From positions 10,764-74,763 of the forward strand of contig JABHZQ010000020.1 of NCBI GenBank assembly GCA_018656555.1: 64,000 nt of DNA, written 5' to 3'. The notes beneath the pieces are model-generated. The model searched no databases and was not told the origin of the DNA. It saw only the letters and a list, made by a program, of their open reading frames with translations. Origin of the DNA: an archaeon (GTDB taxonomy: Archaea > Nanobdellota > Nanobdellia > SCGC-AAA011-G17 > GW2011-AR17). Of this stretch, positions 48,849-59,185 are shown in pieces; position 1 is the first letter of the stretch; every line of letters starts with the position of its first letter. Position numbers and translations under genes: made by a program.

Positions 48849-50407
48849 TTTTTCTTATTGTAAAAATCGGTGTAATCCATTGGAGGTTGTACTCCTCCTT
48901 GTTTGTATTGAAATTGTTGTTTTTGTTGTGGTTGTTGTGGGGGTTTTTTTAGCAAAAATAAGTAATATGCACCGATTCCACCACCAATAAGAACTATTAG
49001 GATTATTAAAAAGATTACTATTGTTTTAACTGGAGATTTTTTCTCTATACAGACACCAGCTTCACAATTATAGCCTGTTTCACACTTTACATCTACTGCA
49101 CAGGTTAGGCAGTTTTCTCCTTCTTCTGCTACTCCATTACCACATACAGCAGTTTCAGTACCATCTGTGATTATTGAGTTTGTTTCAACATCTTCACTCA
49201 CTCCAGTGTATCCTGTTCCAGAACCTACTGTTACTTGCCAAGATTTTGCTGTAGTGTCTGTACCATCTGATAGATCTACTCTAACTGTGTAAACTCCATC
49301 TGTTTCTGTTGAAAAAGTGTAAGCATCTCCAGTTGTTGTTTGTGAGTTATCTAGATACCAAGTTGCTGTTACTGTATCATTATCAGAATCTGAGTAAGTT
49401 ACTGTGAAATCTTGAGCTTCTCCTAGTGCAAGTGTTGGATCTGATTCTGGTGAATATGAATCTAGGGAAGGGGCATTGTTTGAAGAGGTACTTGTACTAT
49501 CATTAACTATTAGAGTTATTGTGTTTCCAGTAATTGAAAGAGTTCCATCTGTTGCTGTGAATGCAACTGTTTCTGATCCAGTCCAATCTCTTGTTGGAAC
49601 TAGGGTTGCTATTCCATCAGTTATATTAATAGATATGGAACTGGTTGAGGATGCTGAATAGTTTAGTGAATCTCCATCAACATCTGTGAAAAAAGCAGAT
49701 ACTGTGATTGTATGATTTATGTTTTTATTCCAAGATTGATTTGTGAAATTTGCTGTTTGGTGGGGTGCATCATTTACTGGAGTTATTGAGACATTTATGT
49801 AATTACTATAATTAGTGCTATCTCCATCAGTTCCAGAGAATTGTAATATTTCAGATCCAGTCCAGTTTGTTCCAGGGGTTAAAGTTACTTGGTTATCTCC
49901 ATCTATTGTTGCATTTATGTTTGAACCACCTGTTGAACTGTAAGAAGTTGCACCAGTGAAGTAATCATCAAGATCAAATGCATTTGTAGAAGGGGTATCT
50001 TCTGTTAGTGTTTGATTAGCTATTGATCCTGTAAATGTTACGGTGGAGGAAGCTATTGTGAATGTATAGTTTGAGCTTGCCCATGCTGTTCCTGCTAGAT
50101 CATTTGTAGCAAAACAATTCCAATTGTAGGATCCATCAGATATTGAACTTATTTCATAGGTTAGGTAATTTACACTTCTTTGAGAAGGGGATGAGGTATT
50201 TGTATATTTTGCACTCCAAGTTCCTCCTGTGTCTGTGTATAATGCGAATGTGGATATGTTTTCAGTGTCAGAAACTGAACAAGTAAAAGTGATTGTAGAT
50301 GATTCAGAAGCCCCATTACTTGGTGAATTAAGTGTTGTTGTTGGGGATGCTGCAACTAATGCTAATAGTAAAAGAATGAAAAATGTTATCACTATTCCTC
50401 TTTTCAT
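48845..50407 (-). CDS. cell-surface S/T-rich protein with C-terminal TM and Q/P-rich tail
   Basis: Signal peptide; Thr/Ser-rich repeats; C-terminal CGNGVAEEGENCLTC...TM...QQPQQKQQ. Confidence 0.55.
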   Translation of the reverse strand: MKRGIVITFFILLLLALVAASPTTTLNSPSNGASESSTITFTCSVSDTENISTFALYTDTGGTWSAKYTNTSSPSQRSVNYLTYEISSISDGSYNWNCFATNDLAGTAWASSNYTFTIASSTVTFTGSIANQTLTEDTPSTNAFDLDDYFTGATSYSSTGGSNINATIDGDNQVTLTPGTNWTGSEILQFSGTDGDSTNYSNYINVSITPVNDAPHQTANFTNQSWNKNINHTITVSAFFTDVDGDSLNYSASSTSSISINITDGIATLVPTRDWTGSETVAFTATDGTLSITGNTITLIVNDSTSTSSNNAPSLDSYSPESDPTLALGEAQDFTVTYSDSDNDTVTATWYLDNSQTTTGDAYTFSTETDGVYTVRVDLSDGTDTTAKSWQVTVGSGTGYTGVSEDVETNSIITDGTETAVCGNGVAEEGENCLTCAVDVKCETGYNCEAGVCIEKKSPVKTIVIFLIILIVLIGGGIGAYYLFLLKKPPQQPQQKQQFQYKQGGVQPPMDYTDFYNKKK

Positions 50408-50438
50408 GGAATAAGTAGAGACTTATTTATTTAAAAAA

Positions 50439-51284
50439 TTATCTAAAAATAATAGAAGTGTAAGATACTTGTGATTCATCTTTTGCTATCTTTGTAGAAT
50501 CATAGTAACATATAACTTCTGGTTCTTTTGAATTGATTAATTTTAGTATTTCTATTCCTAATGCTATTGGATATTGTCCACAGATTGTTGCTTTTGTTTT
50601 TTTGATGTATTTTAGAAATGATTCTGAATCATAGTTTAAGATATGATGTATTGCATTTTTATCTAAATCTTTTATTGATTGTTTTATGTTAAATTTGAAT
50701 GGTGTGAATCCAAAGATTGGACCATAGTGGGTGAAGTCACTGGAGATTATTACTGCAATGTCTGGTATTTTTGCTATTTCTTCTGCTAGTTCTTTGTAGT
50801 TGTTGTTAGTTGGACAGATTATTGGAACTATTTGAATATCTTTTAATTGATCTTTATTTGAAAATTGTAAGAATGGTAATTGTACTTCTAATGAATGTTC
50901 TTGCATGTTGGAGGTTTTCTTAACTAGTTTGCTGTTTAAGAGTTGGTTTACTGCTTCTTTGTTTGTTTTTACAACTCCTAATACTGTTTCAAAGTCTTCA
51001 TCTGTTGTTGCAAAGTCAAAATGTTTTCCAGAATGATCTGGTGTTAGGATTATGAAGGTTTTAGGTAGTTTTGATTCTGCTATTTCTTTATAGGCCCATG
51101 CTGCACATTGTCCTGAATAGAAGTAGCCTGCGTGTGGTACTATAACTCCTGTTAATTTTGATTCAGTTCTTTTTGTGGGTAGGTCTCCGGGGCCTAGATC
51201 TCCTGTGTAACAGGTTTCTATTTGCTTTGATAGTTTTTCAAAATCTGCTTTGTAGAACTGTCCTGCAAATACTGGTTTTATCAT
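50439..51284 (-). CDS. MEMO1-family (AmmeMemoRadiSam system protein B) protein
   Basis: VIVPHAGYFYSG. Confidence 0.8.
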   Translation of the reverse strand: MIKPVFAGQFYKADFEKLSKQIETCYTGDLGPGDLPTKRTESKLTGVIVPHAGYFYSGQCAAWAYKEIAESKLPKTFIILTPDHSGKHFDFATTDEDFETVLGVVKTNKEAVNQLLNSKLVKKTSNMQEHSLEVQLPFLQFSNKDQLKDIQIVPIICPTNNNYKELAEEIAKIPDIAVIISSDFTHYGPIFGFTPFKFNIKQSIKDLDKNAIHHILNYDSESFLKYIKKTKATICGQYPIALGIEILKLINSKEPEVICYYDSTKIAKDESQVSYTSIIFR

Positions 51285-51320
51285 CTTTGTTTAGAACTAT
51301 TAGTGATTTAAAAGAATATC

Positions 51321-52424
51321 TTAACTAAAAATGATATCTTTTTGGAATTTTGCTATATTTACAAAATTTTTATTTACTACTTTTTCTATTTTTGGAAGAT
51401 TTAGCTTTCCTTGAACTTGGATTGATACTATTTGTGGTTTAGTTAGAGGGGAACCAATCTGGCTTAGTATTTTTACATTAACTCTTTCTAATTTACACTG
51501 TTTTACAAGATCTCTTGCAATAATATGTGCCATTATTTGATAGGTTTTACCTGGATGGAATATGTTTTTACCTGCTGTTGCTTCTAATGACATTGGTTGT
51601 CCGGGTGTGATAAGATGGTTGTATCTATTTCCTCTTCCTACTTGTCCATCATCTCCATTTTCACAAGAGAAACCAGTTACTGTTATGTAGCAAGAGTTTA
51701 ATGAATTGCCATCTAATGTGTTTAAGTATATTTTTGTGTTGAATTCTTTTTCAAGTTCATCCTTAATGTGTTGTTTTAATTGTTTGTAGTATCTTAAATT
51801 TTTTAGATATTCAGCTACAAATGCTATTGAAATTGTGAAGGATGTTTTTACTCCTTCTCTTAATCCCATTACTTTTGTATCTAAACCTACTGCTTTGTAT
51901 TTTCTTCTAAATCTATCTGAGTTTATGTGCCTTGATATTTTTAGAGTTAGGTTTTCTAGGTGAGTTAATGGATAATGTGCAACTCCAAATGAAGTGTCAT
52001 TTGCAATTTGATGTTTTTCTACTTCTTTTAGGTTTGTTGCTCCTTCTCTTATTTCTATTGAAAGTTCATAGATTAATTCAAATGGTTTTAGGTATTTTTT
52101 TACTGCTTCTTTTATTATTTCAGAAATAGGAAGTTTAATGTTTCCAATTTGTGTGGTTGCTCTACCTGCGATTATTATCTTTATTGGTTCTATGATTTTT
52201 CCTGCTTGAAATTCGGGTTGAGTTTGTCCAGCTATGATTATTCCTTTGTCAATATTGAAGTGTAAAACTCTTTTAAAATTTTTTAAGTAGTATTTTGATA
52301 TGGCTTGAGCTGCTTTTTCACATATATTATCACAAAGAGTGTCTGGGTGCCCAAACCCCTTAGTTTCTACGAATTCGATGTTTTCAGGTGTTTTTCTTAG
52401 GGGCTCTATTACTGTTTTAACCAT
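51321..52424 (-). CDS. mat: S-adenosylmethionine synthetase, archaeal type
   Basis: ETKGFGHPDTLCDNICE, as in archaeal MAT. Confidence 0.85.
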   Translation of the reverse strand: MVKTVIEPLRKTPENIEFVETKGFGHPDTLCDNICEKAAQAISKYYLKNFKRVLHFNIDKGIIIAGQTQPEFQAGKIIEPIKIIIAGRATTQIGNIKLPISEIIKEAVKKYLKPFELIYELSIEIREGATNLKEVEKHQIANDTSFGVAHYPLTHLENLTLKISRHINSDRFRRKYKAVGLDTKVMGLREGVKTSFTISIAFVAEYLKNLRYYKQLKQHIKDELEKEFNTKIYLNTLDGNSLNSCYITVTGFSCENGDDGQVGRGNRYNHLITPGQPMSLEATAGKNIFHPGKTYQIMAHIIARDLVKQCKLERVNVKILSQIGSPLTKPQIVSIQVQGKLNLPKIEKVVNKNFVNIAKFQKDIIFS

Positions 52425-52622
52425 TGTTTTATAAAGGAGATAATAACTTTATAAGGATTTAGCTACCACTCTTGAGTTAATACAACCGAAAGATTTATAT
52501 AGAAGTAAATATGTAATATTATTATCACCTCTTTTTCCCCAGGAAGATGGTCTTCGGGCTGTCTTCCCAGGGTTTATAATTTTTAGATAAAGCTTATTAA
52601 GAGGAGTTTAATTTCTTTAATT

Positions 52623-53774
52623 ATGCAAGATTTACAAAGAGATCAGTTGGCAAGGCTGGCTAGTTTAAGAAGGGAACAGAGAGAAAGAGTTCAAGAGCAT
52701 TTAATGACTCAAGTTACACCTGGTGCTGATCCGGTTGAGGAAAGGTTGCTTGCTGTTGAAGAGGTTGATGATACTTTTGATTATTCTCAATATTTACCCC
52801 AACAGCTTTCAGATGCTATTGATTATGTTCAAGCTAATAAAGAAGGAGCAAAAGGGGAGCTTTTGTTTGGGTTACGAAATATAAATCTGGGACATGTTAC
52901 ACTTGGTATGTTAGTGGTAGCTTTGGGTTTGTCTTTAACTTCTCTAGCTATAAATAATTTTAGACCGAAACCAGTTCTTAAGTATCCACCTACTCATTTG
53001 GAAACTGTTGTTGTGGAAGATGGAGAGTTTTGGACTGATACTAGAGTTCATCAGACTACAGGTGAGATAAATGCTCTTTATGGTGAAGCTATTCATGAAA
53101 TGAGGTTTGGACATATTACTACAGCAAGTACTAGAGTTGAGACAGCTAGAACTTTAGTTTCTCAACCTAATGAAGAGTTGGAAGAATTACTAAAAGTAAG
53201 GGAAGCTGAGGTAATGCAAGTTGCTTATGCGGAAATGCTTGGTGAAGTGAATTCATCATTTTCTTTGGAGTTATATTCTGATCTAACAAGAGACTTGGCT
53301 AGAGAGTCTGATTTGCATGAAGAGAGGAGTGAACATGCAAGGAGTGTTGCAGAAGCTCTATATGCTGAATCTTTTAGTGGTTATTTGCCTAGTCCTTCAT
53401 TTCTTAATCATTTAGATGAAGAGATTGCTTTTTTTAGAGAGTTTTGTAGAGATCACAATTTAGAGGAATTTAGGGTTAAAAAAGAAAAAGAGTTTGTTGG
53501 TAGAATTTATGATGGTGCGATAGAGGATGCAGGATTTTCTAATTATGAGGAGATTACTGATGCATTGAGATATGTTGAGCCTTGGGTTGATGAGTTGAGT
53601 ATGGATGTTTCAGTACAACAGGGAGAAATCCTTCAGAACATTTTTGAAAGAGCAGAGGTTTATTCGGGTACTGATTACTTTGCTGATCATTTTTCTAAAA
53701 GTGTAGATATGGGTACAGAGCTTGCTACTAGATGGGGTAAAACTGATTGGGTGCGTAAGTTTGGAACTTTATGA
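52623..53774 (+). CDS. hypothetical acidic protein
   Basis: 383 aa. Confidence 0.4.
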   Translation: MQDLQRDQLARLASLRREQRERVQEHLMTQVTPGADPVEERLLAVEEVDDTFDYSQYLPQQLSDAIDYVQANKEGAKGELLFGLRNINLGHVTLGMLVVALGLSLTSLAINNFRPKPVLKYPPTHLETVVVEDGEFWTDTRVHQTTGEINALYGEAIHEMRFGHITTASTRVETARTLVSQPNEELEELLKVREAEVMQVAYAEMLGEVNSSFSLELYSDLTRDLARESDLHEERSEHARSVAEALYAESFSGYLPSPSFLNHLDEEIAFFREFCRDHNLEEFRVKKEKEFVGRIYDGAIEDAGFSNYEEITDALRYVEPWVDELSMDVSVQQGEILQNIFERAEVYSGTDYFADHFSKSVDMGTELATRWGKTDWVRKFGTL

Positions 53775-54128
53775 TTATTTAGAATTTCTTTTATGATTAA
53801 CTTTTAGTTTAATATCTTCTCTTGGGTCACCTTTCTTAAACCATTTTCTATAGAAGCTATAGTCTTTGATTAGGAAAGGAATAGTCCATAGTAATGCAAT
53901 AAATCCAATTATGAATATGTATACATTATAGACTTCAGTGTTTGTTGTGAATAAAGGTGAACCGGTAATTGAGAAATAGATTAGAGATATTCCAGCATAT
54001 AGGAAAACTACTGCTAAGAATTTTATTAGGATTTCTTTTGGATCGGTAATTAGTGTTTTTTGATCTATAAATGTTGCAATATAGAATACAAGGAAGATAC
54101 AAATTATAACTATAATACTCCAGTCCAT
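53775..54128 (-). CDS. small membrane protein
   Basis: 117 aa, three TM segments. Confidence 0.4.
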   Translation of the reverse strand: MDWSIIVIICIFLVFYIATFIDQKTLITDPKEILIKFLAVVFLYAGISLIYFSITGSPLFTTNTEVYNVYIFIIGFIALLWTIPFLIKDYSFYRKWFKKGDPREDIKLKVNHKRNSK

Positions 54129-54163
54129 TATTTTTACAAGGAGTTAATTGCTTTTAAATTTTT

Positions 54164-54928
54164 CTAATGTAAGTGTGGTGCGAATAGAGTAACAATTACA
54201 ATTAGAACTATTCCTAGAAGTATTGCAGAGATGTGTATTAATGAATCTTTAAGTTTACAATGTCTGTGTAGTTGAGGTAGTAAGTTGGTTGCTGCTATAT
54301 ATAGGAAGTTTCCTGCTGCAAAGGGGAGAATGAAAGTAGTGAATCCACCTATTTTGCTTGCTAGGATTAAACCTAGTATTGTCCCTACAATTGCTGTAGT
54401 TGCTGTGATGAAATTGAAAGTAAGTGCTTTTTTCTTTGATAAACCTGAATATAATAATACTCCGAAGTCTGAGATCTCTTGAGGGATTTCATGGAATATT
54501 ACTGAAATAGTTGCTGCAATACCTACTGCAGTATTTACTACAAATGCTCCTGCAATTACTAAACCATCAATGAAGTTGTGGATTGCATCTCCAATTAGGT
54601 TTATTGGTGCAAGGCTGTAAGCATGTGCATGTCCTACATTTTTGCTTCCACATTGGTGTTTCCAGTGGACTAGTTTTTCTATTAAGAATAATGCTATGAA
54701 ACCTGCTAATATGTAAATTGCTGTTAGTGTTGTATATCCTTGTTCTATTATTTCTGGTAAAAATTCTAGGAATACAGTACTAAGTAAAACACCTACAGAG
54801 ATGCTTAATAGGAATAAAAGTATTTTTTCTGATACTTTTTTCTTTAGTAGTAAAGGAATTGCTACTATTATTGATAATAAAGATACAATGATGACACTTA
54901 TGATTGCATATAGAGATGATTGTAACAT
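54164..54928 (-). CDS. ZIP-family metal transporter (ZupT-like)
   Basis: HNFIDGLVIAGAF; FHEIPQEISDFGVL. Confidence 0.8.
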   Translation of the reverse strand: MLQSSLYAIISVIIVSLLSIIVAIPLLLKKKVSEKILLFLLSISVGVLLSTVFLEFLPEIIEQGYTTLTAIYILAGFIALFLIEKLVHWKHQCGSKNVGHAHAYSLAPINLIGDAIHNFIDGLVIAGAFVVNTAVGIAATISVIFHEIPQEISDFGVLLYSGLSKKKALTFNFITATTAIVGTILGLILASKIGGFTTFILPFAAGNFLYIAATNLLPQLHRHCKLKDSLIHISAILLGIVLIVIVTLFAPHLH

Positions 54929-54999
54929 GGTTTATTGGGAATATTAATTGTTTATATTGGTTTCTATCTATGATAGAAATTTTTATATAGAAAAAGGTA

Positions 55000-55500
55000 T
55001 TGTGTTTGAGTATGGGAGATATAAAATTTACATATAATCAATTTAGGGCGAAATCACCAGCTTTTACTGCTGAAGAAGTTAGAGCATTGGCAAATGTAAT
55101 TAAAGATGATGCGTTAGCTGATGATGGAGAGGATTCTGGTTTATTAGACTTGTTTTATGGAGTTAGGAATTTTTGGGAAGGACAAACATTGGCTCTTGCC
55201 GATAGAGAAGGTAGGTTATTGAAGCAGATTGAAACTGCAAGAGAGGCACTTAAAGCAGGAGTAATTGAGTTTATGGGAAATAATCAGTGTTCAGCAGATC
55301 TTGGTAGGTTATTGAATGATCCAATTGAAAGTATTGTTGCTGTGGATAAGGTTCAAGCAACAAAGGAAATGTTCAAAGCTAGAATTAGTTTGTTAGAACA
55401 AGTAAGAGAGAACTTATTGAAACTAGCTGATGCTATTGATAGAAGTGAATCCTTTGCTAACTTTAATAGAGCAATAGTAAATGCGATGACTAGTTTTTAG
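55000..55500 (+). CDS. hypothetical protein
   Basis: 166 aa. Confidence 0.35.
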   Translation: MCLSMGDIKFTYNQFRAKSPAFTAEEVRALANVIKDDALADDGEDSGLLDLFYGVRNFWEGQTLALADREGRLLKQIETAREALKAGVIEFMGNNQCSADLGRLLNDPIESIVAVDKVQATKEMFKARISLLEQVRENLLKLADAIDRSESFANFNRAIVNAMTSF

Positions 55501-56753
55501 TCTAAACTCAAAAGCATATGTTCCCTGAAGAAATTCATTGATTTTGGGAATTTGTTGATAGAATCTATTGTTTTTTTGTATTTGTTTCTTAGTTCTTTTG
55601 CTTGTTTTTGAGTTAATCCTTGTTTTACTTTATAGGTTATCTTAGGTTCTAATAGAGTTCTTTCTTCTTCTTGGATTATTATCTTGTATTTTTCTGGATT
55701 GTTATAAACTTCAGTATCTTTTTGTAGACCAAAGATAGAAGTGGAGATTAAATCAATGTATCTTCTATTAGTTTTAAGGAATTCAATTGTTTCTAGGAAT
55801 TCTTCTTTTGTTTCTGTTGGGAATCCGAATAGAATGTAAGTCATGTTTTTAATTCCCTCTTTGTGGCTGTTTTGTAATACTTCTTCTATATCTTCTTTGT
55901 TTGTTCCTTTGTTGATTAGTTTAAGAATTCTGTTATTAGCTGACTCTACTCCCCACATGATAAATGATAGACCTGATTCTTTTAGTTTTTTTAACACATC
56001 ATAGGTTAAATCCTTTGTTGGTCTTAGTTGGCAAGTCCATTTTACATTTAATGGTTTTATCATTTCTGCTATTTTTATTAATCTATTTGTAGGGATCATA
56101 TCGTCGATAAAAAAGAAATGTTTTGCTTTTGATTTTATGATTGTTTGTTTTATTATATCTAAGTCAAATTCTTTGTATGTTTCATTTTTGTGATGAGTAC
56201 AAAAGGAACATTTTTTGTAAAAACAGGTTGAAGTGGTTTTTATTGGTATAACTGGTTCTGGTGTGAAATACTTGCCATATTGTGAAAAGTCTAAAGGAGA
56301 TTCTTCTTCTGGTATTTCTAGGGTTTTATCTGTTAAGTCTAATAGTTTTTTATTAACTGCTGGACCTCCAACTACTGTGTTTTTTAATTCTTTTAATAAT
56401 GCATAAGTGTAAAATGTTTGACTTGAGTAAACAACACTGAATGCTATGATATCTGCATTTTTTTCTTTTATCATTTCTAATAATTCATCAAAGAACTCTG
56501 GTTTTTTCTTATTCAATACCTTTCTATTATTCTTTGCATAGGTTATTGAGGAGATTTTGTTGTAGTCATTTGTTATTTTTTCATAATTTGTACAGTCTTT
56601 TTGATAGTATTCTTTGTAAATAGGAAATTTTAGTTTGTGGAATTCTAGGTTTAAATCTAGAACTTCTGATTTGATTTTAGAGTTTAGATTAGTAATAGAG
56701 TAAGGCGGACTTGCGGGAGTACAAAATGGTGGGTAAACGAATAGGATTTTCAT
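55497..56753 (-). CDS. radical-SAM-like protein with non-canonical CX4CX2C cluster and N-terminal B12-binding-like domain
   Basis: TSTCFYKKCSFCTHH; the N-terminal Rossmann-like segment IIAFSVVYSSQ...VVGGP. Confidence 0.6.
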   Translation of the reverse strand: MKILFVYPPFCTPASPPYSITNLNSKIKSEVLDLNLEFHKLKFPIYKEYYQKDCTNYEKITNDYNKISSITYAKNNRKVLNKKKPEFFDELLEMIKEKNADIIAFSVVYSSQTFYTYALLKELKNTVVGGPAVNKKLLDLTDKTLEIPEEESPLDFSQYGKYFTPEPVIPIKTTSTCFYKKCSFCTHHKNETYKEFDLDIIKQTIIKSKAKHFFFIDDMIPTNRLIKIAEMIKPLNVKWTCQLRPTKDLTYDVLKKLKESGLSFIMWGVESANNRILKLINKGTNKEDIEEVLQNSHKEGIKNMTYILFGFPTETKEEFLETIEFLKTNRRYIDLISTSIFGLQKDTEVYNNPEKYKIIIQEEERTLLEPKITYKVKQGLTQKQAKELRNKYKKTIDSINKFPKSMNFFREHMLLSLD

Positions 56754-56804
56754 GGGTTTTGGTAATTAGGATAGGTTTAAAAAGTGATCTAAATCAATGA
56801 TATT

Positions 56805-58295
56805 ATGCAATATGATATAATTTTTGTTACAGGAGAGCTTTATTTTGATCATCCTTTATGTGGTGTGGCCATATTGAAGAGATGGTTGGAAAAGCATGGC
56901 TTTACTGTGGGTGTGATTGAAAAACCTCTGAAAGAAGAAGAGATTACTAAATTAGGGAAACCTAAGTTGTTTTTTGGAGTTAGTTCTGGTTCTATTGATT
57001 CCATGGTCAGGAATTATACTCCTTTGAAGAGGAAAAGGGAAGATGATGAGTATGTGGATTATGATGAAAAGGTTCCTGATAGGGCTGTTAGTGTTTATAG
57101 TAATTGGATTAAGCATAAGTTTAAGGGTTCAATTATTGTATTAGGAGGAACTGAAGTTTCTTTGAGAAGATTTGTTCACTATGATTATTGGCAAAATCGA
57201 TTAAGAAAACCAATATTGTTTGATACTAGGGCTGATATTATGGCTTATGGTAATGCAGAGAAACAAGTTTTAGAGATTGCTGAGAGGCTTAAGGCTGGTA
57301 AGGATTTAATGGGCATTGAAGGGACTTGTATGATTGTTAAAGAGAGTCAAGGTTTGGAATTGCCCTCTTATGATGATGTTGTAAAGAGTAAGAAAAAGTT
57401 TTGTGATATGCAAAACATGTTAACGAATAATAAGGATATTGTTCAAAAGATTGATAATAGATATGTTGTTCAGTTTAAGTATCCAGAGTATACTTCTAAG
57501 GATTTAGATGAGTATTATGAATTAGATTTTACTAGAAAGGCTCCAAGGGGTTTGAAAGGATTTGAGTTTAGTGTTGTAACTCATAGAGGTTGTATAGGTA
57601 ATTGTAATTTTTGTGCTGTTAGATTATTACAAGGAGAGAGGATTGTTTCAAGATCTGAAGAGTCTATTTTAAGAGAGATAAGAAAGATTACTAAGATGAA
57701 AATCTTTAGAGGTAATATTGATGATTTATCTGGACCTTCTACAAATATGTATGGGATGGATTGTAATAAATGTAACAAAGATTGTATTGATTGTAATAAG
57801 TTGGATAGAACTAATGAGAGATTGATTAATTTGTTAAGGAAGATTAGGGGGATTAAAGGTGTTAAGAAGTTGAGTATAAGATCTGGGATTAGATATGATC
57901 TTGCTTCTGCTGATTTAATTGATGATATTGCTGACTATCATGTGTTTAATGATTTGAAAATAGCTCCAGAGCATGTTAGTGAGAGAGTTTTGAAGTTGAT
58001 GAATAAGGATAGAGGGGATCTTGATGAATTTATTAATTACTTTGCTAGGACTGGAAGGAAATTATCTTTTTATTTTATGACTGCACATCCGGGATCTTCT
58101 ATGAGAGAGGCTGAGGAATTGGGTAGGGCTGTAAAGAGTTTGAGAAATGCAGAGAAGGTGCAAATATTTACTCCTACTCCTATGACTGTTTCAACTTGTA
58201 TGTATTACACTTCTATTAATCCTAAGACTATGAAGAAGGTTTATGTTCCTTATACTTATCATGAGAAGAAGAGACAGAAGAGGGTTTGTTTTTAA
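56805..58295 (+). CDS. B12-binding-domain radical SAM protein
   Basis: HRGCIGNCNFCAV (CxxxCxxC); the N-terminal MQYDIIFVTGELYF...G domain. Confidence 0.75.
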   Translation: MQYDIIFVTGELYFDHPLCGVAILKRWLEKHGFTVGVIEKPLKEEEITKLGKPKLFFGVSSGSIDSMVRNYTPLKRKREDDEYVDYDEKVPDRAVSVYSNWIKHKFKGSIIVLGGTEVSLRRFVHYDYWQNRLRKPILFDTRADIMAYGNAEKQVLEIAERLKAGKDLMGIEGTCMIVKESQGLELPSYDDVVKSKKKFCDMQNMLTNNKDIVQKIDNRYVVQFKYPEYTSKDLDEYYELDFTRKAPRGLKGFEFSVVTHRGCIGNCNFCAVRLLQGERIVSRSEESILREIRKITKMKIFRGNIDDLSGPSTNMYGMDCNKCNKDCIDCNKLDRTNERLINLLRKIRGIKGVKKLSIRSGIRYDLASADLIDDIADYHVFNDLKIAPEHVSERVLKLMNKDRGDLDEFINYFARTGRKLSFYFMTAHPGSSMREAEELGRAVKSLRNAEKVQIFTPTPMTVSTCMYYTSINPKTMKKVYVPYTYHEKKRQKRVCF

Positions 58296-58375
58296 TTGTT
58301 ATGAATATAAATTCGAAACGTTTATATAGTAGTTATGCATATATATTCATTATGAATTGTTGGAGGTAAACAAAA

Positions 58376-58594
58376 ATGCCAAACTTTGATGGAACAGGAC
58401 CTCAATGCGAAGGATCTAAAACAGGTTTTCAAATGGGAAAATGTAAAGGGGCAACTTCTTCAGGTAGAAGGGGTGGTTGTGGAAGAACAAGAGGTTTTAG
58501 AAATAGAGAGAAAATTATGACAAAAACTGAAGAAAAGAGCCTTTTGAAAAAAGAAAAAGAATTTATAGAGAAAAGACTTAGAGAATTAGAATAA
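58376..58594 (+). CDS. DUF5320-like small Gly/Cys-rich protein with C-terminal coiled coil
   Basis: MPNFDGTGPQCEGSKTGFQMGKCKG...GGCGRTRG then KEKEFIEKRLRELE; GGAGGT SD 7 nt upstream. Family assignment is from memory. Confidence 0.5.
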   Translation: MPNFDGTGPQCEGSKTGFQMGKCKGATSSGRRGGCGRTRGFRNREKIMTKTEEKSLLKKEKEFIEKRLRELE

Positions 58595-58890
58595 TGGTAA
58601 GACCCAGGAGATGTAGAAGAGTTAGATTTAGGGGTGATTTCTATTATTTTAAACCAAGAGGGATTCCAATAAACGAATTAGAAGAAATAGAGTTAAGAGT
58701 TGAAGAGTTTGAAGCTTTAAGATTAAAAGATCTAGAAAATATGGATCAAAATAAAGCTGCGGAGAAAATGGAAATTTCCCAATCTACTTTTCATAGAATT
58801 TTAATTGAAGCTAGAAAGAAAGTAGCTGATGCATTAGTTAATGGTAAAGCTATAAAAATAGAGGGTGGAGATTTTAAGAGGAAATCTTGA
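58594..58890 (+). CDS. DUF134/UPF0251 predicted DNA-binding protein
   Basis: MVRPRRCRRV...YFKPRGIP...LEALRLKDLE...KVADALVNGKAIKIEGG. Confidence 0.7.
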   Translation: MVRPRRCRRVRFRGDFYYFKPRGIPINELEEIELRVEEFEALRLKDLENMDQNKAAEKMEISQSTFHRILIEARKKVADALVNGKAIKIEGGDFKRKS

Positions 58891-59153
58891 TGGTTTGGTA
58901 TGTTTATATTCTAGAATGTAAGGATGATTCTCTTTATACTGGGATTACTAATGATTTAGATAAGAGAATGGCTGCTCATAAGAGTGGAAAGGGGAGTAAG
59001 TATGTGAAATGGAAAAGGTTTCATAAATTGTTACATGCTATTGAGGTTAAGGATAAGAGTGAGGCTGCTAAATTAGAATATAAGATAAAACAATTAGAAA
59101 GAAATGAAAAGATTACTTTTTTTGTTAAGCATCCCGATTTGTTAAATTCGTAA
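58887..59153 (+). CDS. GIY-YIG domain protein (small, YhbQ-like)
   Basis: VYILECKDDSLYTGITNDLDKRMAAHKSG. Confidence 0.7.
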   Translation: MMVWYVYILECKDDSLYTGITNDLDKRMAAHKSGKGSKYVKWKRFHKLLHAIEVKDKSEAAKLEYKIKQLERNEKITFFVKHPDLLNS

Positions 59154-59185
59154 TATTTAATAATAAAGAAATTTATCTTATTTGC

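Noticed and set aside
52425-52622. Possible riboswitch or ncRNA between the SAM synthetase gene and the next gene (hairpin GGAAGA-n14-TCTTCC with duplicated CCCAGG words)
   Set aside because: It is only a short imperfect hairpin. Archaeal SAM riboswitches are not established, and the region also has to carry TATA boxes for two divergent genes (tttataatt, cttataaag). Evidence for a structured RNA is insufficient.
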